Of a stretch of 28,865 nt of DNA, positions 8,877-16,989 are shown piece after piece. This DNA is from Myxococcota bacterium. Its GTDB lineage: Bacteria; Myxococcota; UBA4151. Where the stretch lies: assembly GCA_040260805.1 (NCBI GenBank), contig JBDQPD010000039.1:1-28865 (forward strand), in the 5' to 3' direction. Below the pieces are notes generated by a model. It worked only from the letters and a program-made list of their open reading frames with translations, ran no database searches and was not told the DNA's origin. Every line of letters starts with the position of its first letter. The first letter of the stretch is position 1. Position numbers and translations under genes: made by a program.

Positions 8877-10907
8877 TTGGTTCGGCTAGCCTTCATCAGT
8901 GGTCTCGGGATGACCTTCATGGGCTGCCCGGCGGAGCGATCGCCGGATCCTGATGTGGGCGTATTCCTCGCCGACTCCGGCTCGCCGATTGATGCGGGAG
9001 CGGTTGCTGATGCTGCGACGGCTGATGCAGAAGCTCCGCCGGAATGTTCTTCTCATCATGAGTGCGATCCGACCGAGCGATGCCTGATGGGCGATTGCGT
9101 GGCTCGGCCCGAAGCTGAGAACGGTTTCTTACTCGAACGCGTCCGGATCCCCGCCATCGAAGCGCATTGGTCGGGTATGCCAGCTCGCTTTGGCAACAAC
9201 GGCATCGAGTTCTCCTCGGTCGTTGGGAATCTCGGCTTTGGCGGCGCCTTGTTTGACATCGATGGCGACCTAGACCTCGACCTGTTCATCGCCACTCAAG
9301 GTTATGGTCAAAGGCAAATATCACCCGCTTGCATTTACGAGAACAGATCGCGTCCGACCACGTTGGACTTTCGCCCGATCGAAGCCTTCTGCGGCGCACG
9401 TGAGGAGATGCCCCAGGCAGGCTTTGGTGTCGATCTCGAGGGCGATGGATACCACGAGTTGGTGGTCACCGGTTTAGACATGATGGAGCTGCACCGATTC
9501 CATCCTGAACATGAGGTGATCGATCTTAGAGCGCTAGTGCCCGCTGAGGATGGGCGCGCGAACTGCAACGCCGGCGCAGGTTTGAGCACCGACATCAACC
9601 GGGATGGGTTGGTAGATATCGTGCTCGGCTGTCAGCACGGCCCCCGCCTCGAGCCCCCTAATGCGGTCTACCATTTGGTCTTCTTACAGACCCGATCAGG
9701 CGGGTTCGAACTCCTTGAGCGTGAAGCTTGGGATCGGGCTCGCCCGATCTTACTCCACGCCCATTCAGTGACCTTGGGTCTGGGTGGGAGCGATGTGAAC
9801 GGCGACGGTTTGCTCGATTTGTTGGTCTGTGAGGATCACATGCAAGGCGATCTTCATGCGGGCGATCCCGGCGGGGTATACCTCGCCTGCGCGCCGAACG
9901 AAGACTGCCGCTATCGCGCTTTTAGGATGGGGGATTACGGCGCAGCGCCAGGCAATTATATGGGGGCGGGCATTGCCGTACTAGAGGGGCATGGTCCGCA
10001 TCTTTACTTCTCGGATATTGGGGCGAACCGATTCGTCGAGTTGGGTAGCAACCCGCAGCGTGATCGAGCGGTCTCCGCCAACGCCGACCTCGCCGGGCTG
10101 AGCAGGGCGCTGCCTTGGATCAGCTGGGGTGTCGTGGTCGATGATTTTAATCGAGATGGCAGAGACGATATTTTGGTCAGCCAAGGATCGCTCCTGATGG
10201 ACGACCCTACGATTTATGAGGCGCATTTTGATGCCTTGATGATCCAAAGGGAAGGGGCTCGGTTTTCGCTGCACAGCGAGGACGTTGGATTGGAGCCCTT
10301 TACCGCAGCGGACAGCAGCCATTGGCGCAACCCATACTCCGGCCGAGCGATCGTAAAAGCCGACCTAGACCACGACGGGATGCTCGATCTGATCCAGTTT
10401 GGTTTGGATGGTAGGCCTCGCGTGCATCGTGAGGTGCCGGTTCTGAACGGTCCCGACTTCCGCTGCACGCTCGTTCCAAAGGATCGTTATGTTCACGCTT
10501 TTGGCATGGGTCATGAGCTCGTCGGAGAGGATGGGATTGGCCGAGCCTGGGATATTCAGGGGCAACTGCGCGTGGGCGCATCGCCCTTTGTGGTCAGTCC
10601 ATGGCGGTCCGGACACTTGCGCTTCCCCTCGGGCGCATTGGTTCCCTTTGACTGCGGTGATTCAACCGGCGCTGTCGTGGTTGAAGAGCCCGCCTGGTTC
10701 AGCCTGTCCAGACAGGGGCAAATGCTCCGCGTCCGAGTCAGCGAAGGCGCACCCTCTGATCAGGTCAGGGTCTGGGTCGAGCCACGAGGCGAGCTGTTCG
10801 AGCCCGAACTGCGCGATGATGGTCATTACCTGATTTTACCTCAAGGCAGTGATCGCATGATGCTCAAATTCGGTGCGCGTTGGTTGGCGCGTTACTACCC
10901 GCTTTAG
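8877..10907 (+). CDS. FG-GAP/VCBS repeat (CRTAC1/ASPIC-UnbV-like) lipoprotein
   Basis: In-frame TTG at 8877 with GAGGAG RBS gives MVRLAFISGLGMTFMGC (lipobox); six DxxxDGxxD-type Ca-binding repeats (DIDGDLDLDL, DLEGDGYHEL, DINRDGLVDI, DVNGDGLLDL, DFNRDGRDDI, DLDHDGMLDL). Confidence 0.82.
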   Translation: MVRLAFISGLGMTFMGCPAERSPDPDVGVFLADSGSPIDAGAVADAATADAEAPPECSSHHECDPTERCLMGDCVARPEAENGFLLERVRIPAIEAHWSGMPARFGNNGIEFSSVVGNLGFGGALFDIDGDLDLDLFIATQGYGQRQISPACIYENRSRPTTLDFRPIEAFCGAREEMPQAGFGVDLEGDGYHELVVTGLDMMELHRFHPEHEVIDLRALVPAEDGRANCNAGAGLSTDINRDGLVDIVLGCQHGPRLEPPNAVYHLVFLQTRSGGFELLEREAWDRARPILLHAHSVTLGLGGSDVNGDGLLDLLVCEDHMQGDLHAGDPGGVYLACAPNEDCRYRAFRMGDYGAAPGNYMGAGIAVLEGHGPHLYFSDIGANRFVELGSNPQRDRAVSANADLAGLSRALPWISWGVVVDDFNRDGRDDILVSQGSLLMDDPTIYEAHFDALMIQREGARFSLHSEDVGLEPFTAADSSHWRNPYSGRAIVKADLDHDGMLDLIQFGLDGRPRVHREVPVLNGPDFRCTLVPKDRYVHAFGMGHELVGEDGIGRAWDIQGQLRVGASPFVVSPWRSGHLRFPSGALVPFDCGDSTGAVVVEEPAWFSLSRQGQMLRVRVSEGAPSDQVRVWVEPRGELFEPELRDDGHYLILPQGSDRMMLKFGARWLARYYPL

Positions 10908-11698
10908 CGAGCCGGAAAGAACGTCCCCTCGTCCTCGCCTTGGACGACGCGTTGCAGCGCTTCGGGGCGCAACCCGGACGCAATAACCACCGCAACGCCA
11001 GCCTGCGCCGAACGCACTGCCGCTCGCAATTTGGACTGCATGCCGCCGCGTCCGAGGTGACTACTTTGACCAAATTGAACGCGCACGCTCGGGCCGTAGA
11101 CTGAGATCTGCTCGCTGGCTGGGTCCTGCGGGGGCCCGGTGTAGAGGGCATCGACGTTCGAGAGAATCACCAAGGCTTCAGCGCCTATCGCCTCAGCGGT
11201 TAGGCCGGCTAACCGGTCGTTGTCATAAAAGACGCCCTTTTTGTCTTCGATCTTGATCGCTGAGGTCACCGCATCGTTCTCGTTGACGATCGGGATCGTA
11301 TCGAGCGCGAGTAAGCGCTGAAGGGTCGCCGCGATGTTCGCTTGACGGGCGCTGTCTGCGAAGTCGTCCTCGGTCACCAAGACCTGAGCGCAGCGCATAT
11401 CGAGATGACCAAAGAGTTGCCGATATTTCTCCATCAGCAGGCTTTGACCGGCCGCCGCCGCCGCTGGGCAGTCCGTTGCCGCGACGGGACGATCGATCCC
11501 AAGGTAGCTTCCCCCCAAGCCGATCGATCCAGAGCTCACCAAAACGATCCGTCGACCTTGGCTCGAGAGCGCTCGGATCGACTCGACGAGCGCACCAAGG
11601 CGGGCCAGGGCTAAGCGACCGTCTTCTCGGGTCACCACGGCCGTTCCGACCTTGATCACGAGGGTTTGAACATGGGTTAATGCATTGCGCTGACTCAT
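10904..11698 (-). CDS. proB: Glutamate 5-kinase, no PUA domain, P5CS-kinase-like
   Basis: VIKVGT, VLVSSG, AAAGQ, IPIVNENDAV, DNDRL, GRGGMQSK, GTFF motifs of the glutamate 5-kinase family. Start could be 11698, 11704 or 11710. Confidence 0.9.
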   Translation of the reverse strand: MSQRNALTHVQTLVIKVGTAVVTREDGRLALARLGALVESIRALSSQGRRIVLVSSGSIGLGGSYLGIDRPVAATDCPAAAAAGQSLLMEKYRQLFGHLDMRCAQVLVTEDDFADSARQANIAATLQRLLALDTIPIVNENDAVTSAIKIEDKKGVFYDNDRLAGLTAEAIGAEALVILSNVDALYTGPPQDPASEQISVYGPSVRVQFGQSSHLGRGGMQSKLRAAVRSAQAGVAVVIASGLRPEALQRVVQGEDEGTFFPAR

Positions 11699-11842
11699 TT
11701 TCATCCCCATCCCGGCGCGGCGCTTACCCACGCCAGGCAAGCTGAGCAACTCGTCTTTCATCTGCGAATATGACGTTAGAACCCAATTTAGGCCAACACC
11801 TCAGGCTGATAATGTGGGAGGCGATGCCCGGATGGAGCGGGT

Positions 11843-13300
11843 ATGCCGAACACAGTTGAAGAGACACTCGATACTTTAAACGGTGTGCTCAAGGATTATA
11901 TCCAGGCGACTCGCGACCCTTCGGTCTCACTGAACGAGTACTGCTCGCCGCAGGCGCTGCGCGAAAAAGTCGACTTAGACCTGCCTGAGCAAGGCATGGG
12001 TGAGGAGCATCTGGGCGCGCTGGCTAAGACCTACCTAGATCAGACGGTTCGGACGGGCAGTTGGCGCTACTTAAACCAGCTCTGGAGTGGTTTCTCGCTG
12101 CCGGGTTTGGTGGGCGAAATGACCGCCGCTGCGAGCAACACGTCGATGTTCACTTATGAAGTGGCGCCCTTAGCGACCTTGATCGAGAAAACCTTGATTC
12201 AAAGGCTCTGTGGGCTGGTCGGTTTTGAGCGTGGAGGCGGCTTGTTCGTCACCGGTGGAAGCAACGCCAATTTGCTCGCCTTGATGGCGGCTCGGTTTCG
12301 TTTGGACCCGATGTCGATGAAGCAAGGAATCGACGGGCGTCCCTTGAGAATATTCGTTTCAGAACAGGCTCACTACAGCTTTCATAAAGCCGCCAACCTG
12401 ATGGGTTTGGGGGTTGCTAACGTGATCGCCGTCGCCAGCGACGCTGCTGGGCGCATGAGCCCTGAGGCGCTGCAACGAGCGATCGCCGATGAGCGCGCTC
12501 AAGGCGCTACGCCATTTTGCGTCGCAGCGACGGCGGGGACGACGGTCCTTGGTGCGTACGATCCGATTGAGGCGATCGCCGACATCTGCGAGGCTGAGGA
12601 CATTTGGTTCCATATCGATGCGGCCTGGGGTGGTTCGGTGCTGATGTCCGATAAGCTGCGCACCTTGATGGCTGGCTGTGAACGAGCGGATTCGCTGACT
12701 TGGGACCAACACAAGATGATGGGCCTGCCTTTGATCTGCTCGACGATCCTGATGAAGGATGCGACGATGCTGGGTCGGATGAACAACGTCGGCGGTGAGG
12801 ATTATATTTTCCATGACGGCGACGCCGGCGATCTCGGTCCGATGTCTTTGCAATGCGGTCGCCGAGTGGATGCGCTCAAGCTCTGGCTTGCGTGGAAGAG
12901 CTACGGCCGGGTCGGTTTTGCTGAGCGGATCGAGAAGCTCTTTGACCTGAGCCAGTACTTTGCTGAGCGTCTCAAAGAACACCCACGGTTTGAGTTGGCG
13001 GCTCCGGTTGCCAGCTTAAATCTCTGCTTCCGCTATCGGCCCGATACGGGTCTCTCGGATGAAGAGGTTGACCAGGGCAACGTCGTGGCTCGTAAGCATC
13101 TCGCTCGCAGTGGGCGGGCTTTGATCAACTACGCACAGGTCAGAAACCGCCCTTGCTGGCGACTCATTTTGACCAACTTTGATCTGACTGAAGAGCTTGT
13201 TGATGCCATTTTCGACGAGGTCGAAGCCGCTTGTGTTCAAGCTTTTCATCCGACCTTTCAATTGTCTGAAGCTGAGGTCGCAGCGACGCTGACGCTTTAG
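11843..13300 (+). CDS. Group II PLP-dependent amino-acid decarboxylase (GAD/CSAD/GADL1-like)
   Basis: NQLW, NTSMFTYEVAP, TGGSNAN, AHYS, ATAGTTVLGAYDP, WFHIDAAWGG, DSLTWDQHK (PLP Lys291), SLQCGRRVDALKLW. Confidence 0.92.
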   Translation: MPNTVEETLDTLNGVLKDYIQATRDPSVSLNEYCSPQALREKVDLDLPEQGMGEEHLGALAKTYLDQTVRTGSWRYLNQLWSGFSLPGLVGEMTAAASNTSMFTYEVAPLATLIEKTLIQRLCGLVGFERGGGLFVTGGSNANLLALMAARFRLDPMSMKQGIDGRPLRIFVSEQAHYSFHKAANLMGLGVANVIAVASDAAGRMSPEALQRAIADERAQGATPFCVAATAGTTVLGAYDPIEAIADICEAEDIWFHIDAAWGGSVLMSDKLRTLMAGCERADSLTWDQHKMMGLPLICSTILMKDATMLGRMNNVGGEDYIFHDGDAGDLGPMSLQCGRRVDALKLWLAWKSYGRVGFAERIEKLFDLSQYFAERLKEHPRFELAAPVASLNLCFRYRPDTGLSDEEVDQGNVVARKHLARSGRALINYAQVRNRPCWRLILTNFDLTEELVDAIFDEVEAACVQAFHPTFQLSEAEVAATLTL

Positions 13301-13360
13301 TCGTTGAGGCTTGCAAAGCATGCCGTCTGACGTGCAGCCTAACACCCGAAGGAAGGCTCC

Positions 13361-14329
13361 ATGCGTGTCAGCTTAACGATTCTGCTTGTCGGCTTTTGTG
13401 CCTGCTCGGAACCGACGCCGCCGGCGCAGCCGACTCCTCCTGGTCCAGTCGTTGACGCCGCACCTGCGCGTCGAGCGGTTCCTCCTCCAACGTATATGGA
13501 CATCGCAGCAGAGCGTCGTGTGATCGCAATCGGTGATGTGCATGGCGACCAGCGTGCGGCGCGCAGTGCGCTTCGCTTAGCCGGCGTGATCGACGCGAAC
13601 GATAATTGGTCAGGCAGTCAGGATATCGTGGTTCAAGTCGGTGACCAGCTCGATCGCGGCGACGACGAACGCTCGATCTTGGTTTGGTTTGCGCAGCTCG
13701 CTGATCAAGCCTTTGAGGCGGGTGGTGGTTTTTATGCGCTCAACGGCAACCACGAGACCATGAACGTCTCGCTCGATTTTAGGTACGTTACACCAGGCGG
13801 TTATGAGGATTTTGCGGACGTACCGGTTCCTGCCGACCCCGAAATAGATCAGCTGCCTTTGAGCGAACAAGGGCGCGCAGCTGCCTTTCGTCCAGGCGGG
13901 CCCTTTGCCTTGATGCTCGCCGAACAAAACACGGTGATGGTGGTCGGTCGCAACGTCTTCGTTCATGGCGGCGTCCTGCCACAGCATTTCGGCAGGGGTC
14001 TGAGAAACATCAACGCAGACGTTCAGGCTTGGATGCGCGGCGAGCTGGGTAAGCCGAGCGCTATTCGAGGTGACGAGAGCTTGGTGTGGAGTCGTCACTT
14101 CTCACGCAACACGACCCCAGAGCACTGTGCGCTTCTGGCGGAGACTCTTGATTTAGCAGGTGCTGATCGCATGATCGTCGCCCACACCGTTCAAGACGGC
14201 GGCATCAACTCCGTGTGCGGCGAGCAGGTCTGGCGCGTGGATGTTGGCTTGGCTGCTCATTACGGCGGCTCGACCGAGGTCTTAGAGATCCAGGGCGACG
14301 TCGTCAGAATCCTGAGCACGGGCGGCTGA
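13361..14329 (+). CDS. Shewanella-like (SLP) metallophosphoesterase, lipoprotein
   Basis: GDVHGD, VGDQLDRG, GNHE, FVHGG, AHT and RVDVGL motifs; lipobox FCAC followed by a Pro-rich linker; AAGGAAGG RBS. Confidence 0.88.
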   Translation: MRVSLTILLVGFCACSEPTPPAQPTPPGPVVDAAPARRAVPPPTYMDIAAERRVIAIGDVHGDQRAARSALRLAGVIDANDNWSGSQDIVVQVGDQLDRGDDERSILVWFAQLADQAFEAGGGFYALNGNHETMNVSLDFRYVTPGGYEDFADVPVPADPEIDQLPLSEQGRAAAFRPGGPFALMLAEQNTVMVVGRNVFVHGGVLPQHFGRGLRNINADVQAWMRGELGKPSAIRGDESLVWSRHFSRNTTPEHCALLAETLDLAGADRMIVAHTVQDGGINSVCGEQVWRVDVGLAAHYGGSTEVLEIQGDVVRILSTGG

Positions 14330-14332
14330 TCG

Positions 14333-14803
14333 ATGCAGGCTGAAGCGGCGATGCGTATTTTGCTCGAGGGTATTGAGCAGACCGGGTTAGCCGATAAGGG
14401 CTGGTCGGCAGGCTGGGACCGTGCGCGCCTGCGGTTCGGCGCGTGCTGGCCTAAGCGCAAGCAGATCACACTGAGTCGAGTGCTCACCGAACTCAACGAC
14501 GAAGCTCAGGTTCGAGATACGGTTCTGCACGAGCTCGCGCACGCGCTCGCCTTCGAGCGCTACGGTCGCGTCCGTAGCCATGGTCCCGAATGGAAAGCGA
14601 TCGCCCGGTCGCTCGGCGCATCGCCTAAGGCGTGCAGCTCGTCCGGCTTGTTGCCCAAGGGGCGGTATGCGTTGGTTCATCGAACCACCGGCGAAGTGTA
14701 TCGAACGTACCAGCGCAAGCCTCGCCGAACGAACCTTCAAGGCCGCTATATTCAGGGTCGCAAAGCAGAGACCCTTAATCAGCTGCAGGTGATCGAGCTC
14801 TAG
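14333..14803 (+). CDS. SprT-like zinc metalloprotein
   Basis: RFGAC...ITLS...DTVLHELAHALA...HGPEWK: HExxH plus a downstream His, typical of SprT-like domains. Confidence 0.88.
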   Translation: MQAEAAMRILLEGIEQTGLADKGWSAGWDRARLRFGACWPKRKQITLSRVLTELNDEAQVRDTVLHELAHALAFERYGRVRSHGPEWKAIARSLGASPKACSSSGLLPKGRYALVHRTTGEVYRTYQRKPRRTNLQGRYIQGRKAETLNQLQVIEL

Positions 14804-15147
14804 AGGAGCTCGGCCTCGAGCTGCTCTTCACTGCCACGAAAGCCGACCTTGATCGCCTGACCGTTGCGCTCGATGATCGGCCTCTTGATCAGCATCGGGT
14901 CCGCTGAGAACTCCTGCTCCCAGCGCGCCTCAGACCAAGTCTTCTTCTCTTCGGGGAGGGCTCGGTAAGAGCCTCCGCTGGTGTTGCGCATGGCTTTACT
15001 GCCGAGCGCTTTGACCCAAGCTTTGACTTGGTCTGCGCTGGGTGGATCTTTACGAAAGTCGACCGCTTCGTAGGTGACGCCGTGCGCTTCGAGCCACGAT
15101 TTTGCCTTCTTCACGGTACCGCAGTTGGGGATGCCATAGACTTTCAT
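14800..15147 (-). CDS. ArsC/Spx/YffB family thioredoxin-fold protein
   Basis: MKVYGIPNCGTVKKAKSWL...DFRK...LIKRPI...VGF; ATG 15147 with GGAG RBS. Confidence 0.9.
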   Translation of the reverse strand: MKVYGIPNCGTVKKAKSWLEAHGVTYEAVDFRKDPPSADQVKAWVKALGSKAMRNTSGGSYRALPEEKKTWSEARWEQEFSADPMLIKRPIIERNGQAIKVGFRGSEEQLEAELL

Positions 15148-15214
15148 GAGGGTTCTCCGGTTGCACGCGCATCCAAACCGACCGGCGCAGCAAGTCAAGT
15201 CAGTGCTTTGTTTT

Positions 15215-16756
15215 CTACAACAAACTGTTGGGGATCAGACCACCGATCCAAGCCCTAAAGCGAAGGCCAAAGGAGGCCTTGTGGTCGGGGTTGGAGCCTT
15301 TGCTGATCTTCCACGAGTTGGCGGGCAGCATCTCTTGCTCGAGGGTATCGAGCACTTGCTTGGAGAGCTCGGCGTCGGGAATTAGCGCCACGCACTCAGT
15401 GTTCAAGTGGGCACTACGCGGGTCCATATTGAAGGTGCCCACGACTAAGAGTTCGTCGTCGACGACCATGGTTTTGGCGTGCACGCCGAAGATCGGGAGC
15501 GTCTTCATGGTGCGGACCAGCGAGCTGGTCATAATCGTCTTGCGAAGGGCCGCATCGGGGCGAAATTCGTAGAGCTCGACGCCGGCGTTGAGCAGCGCCT
15601 CTCGACCGGTTTGGTAGCCTCGAAAGGCCGCTGGGTTGTCCGTCGTCGCTAAACTGTTGGTCAGGATTTTGATGCTGACGCCGCGCTGGTGCGCCTGCGC
15701 GAGCAGTTTTTGTCCAAGCTCGGTGGTCACCAAATAGGGGGTTTGAATCACGACTGAGCGCTTGGCTTTACGAATCAGGTCGATCAGCGTGTTGGTGCTG
15801 AGCCCGCGACCTTTGAGCCCTTTGTCACCTGCGTTCTTTCCTGGATCATCGGAGACGAAGATGACCTCTTTGACCCATCGCAGATGACCGCTGGTGATTT
15901 TGCCGCTGAAGGCCTTGGGTACGTTGGCTATGCGCAGCTGGACCGCAGGCCAGATGTGGTCAGGGTCGCACGAGTAATGGTGTAGATTACGCCACAATGA
16001 CTGGCTTCTTTTGGCGGGCACAGGGGGTAGCAGCTTGTTGATCGGTACCGACAAAGGGTGCGACCAGAACTGCTCAAAGCTTTTGTTCACTTGAGCGACT
16101 GCGCCACCGAGCAGCAAGACATCACGGTCGCGAAAGTTGTAGGTCTCGTTAAAGTCAAAGTACTCATCGGCGACGTTGCGGCCGCCTGTGATCACTGCGT
16201 CCCCATCGATGATGAAGGTCTTGTTGTGCATGCGCTGATTGACGCCGCGGAAGTCGGAGATGCTGTTGAGGATCGTTCGCGGTAGGTTCTTTCCGGCTTT
16301 GAGGTTGGGATTGTAGATCCGAATTTCAAGGTTGGGGTGGGCATCGAGCGCCTGCAAGAAGCTGGCGTCGGCGTCGTAGAGCAAGTCATCGATCATCAAG
16401 CGAACCTTCACGCCGCGTTCTGCCGCTCGAAGCAGCAGGTCGGCGCCGATCAAGCCGACATTATCAGTCGAGAAGATAAAGTATTGAATGTCGATGGTTC
16501 GGACCGCTTTTTTTGCCATCCAAGCGCGCGCGACCATCGCACCCGCTCCATCTTCGAGAACCGTCACGCCGGTGTGCGTCTTCATCTTCTCGCGATGGGG
16601 CTCGAGCATCTGCGCAAGCGTCGGACCTTCAAGCTTTGGCGCCATCTTACAGAATTCGTGTTTGGGTTTGAGGTCTCCGCTGTTGAGCCGGTCGACGATC
16701 GTGGTGGCGCAGCCGGTCGCCAAGGTCGCCAGTAAGCCCAAAGAAATTTTTCGCAT
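15215..16756 (-). CDS. Phospholipase D family lipoprotein (ClsC/YmdC-like)
   Basis: Two HKD motifs (RMHNKTFIID, HAKTMVVD), GGRNVADEYF, GTFNMDPRSAHLNTE; lipobox ATGC; ATG 16756 with AAGGA RBS. Confidence 0.92.
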   Translation of the reverse strand: MRKISLGLLATLATGCATTIVDRLNSGDLKPKHEFCKMAPKLEGPTLAQMLEPHREKMKTHTGVTVLEDGAGAMVARAWMAKKAVRTIDIQYFIFSTDNVGLIGADLLLRAAERGVKVRLMIDDLLYDADASFLQALDAHPNLEIRIYNPNLKAGKNLPRTILNSISDFRGVNQRMHNKTFIIDGDAVITGGRNVADEYFDFNETYNFRDRDVLLLGGAVAQVNKSFEQFWSHPLSVPINKLLPPVPAKRSQSLWRNLHHYSCDPDHIWPAVQLRIANVPKAFSGKITSGHLRWVKEVIFVSDDPGKNAGDKGLKGRGLSTNTLIDLIRKAKRSVVIQTPYLVTTELGQKLLAQAHQRGVSIKILTNSLATTDNPAAFRGYQTGREALLNAGVELYEFRPDAALRKTIMTSSLVRTMKTLPIFGVHAKTMVVDDELLVVGTFNMDPRSAHLNTECVALIPDAELSKQVLDTLEQEMLPANSWKISKGSNPDHKASFGLRFRAWIGGLIPNSLL

Positions 16757-16989
16757 AGAGAGGTCCTTCATCACCTCTCGGCTAACGCGCAATGCGGTCA
16801 GAAAGCTATGAAATTGTCATCCGTTTCGTTCTGAAAGCTCGCTTAATTAGGTGCATCTTATCGTCCGTTTGATCACGCGCTCTACCAGCCCGATTTTGAG
16901 GGTAGACGCGGCGGCTTTGACTTGTAGCTCAGGGCGCTTTGCTGACCGCACAAAAGAGGCTAGAGTAAGCTGCCTTTTGGAGCAGCAAT

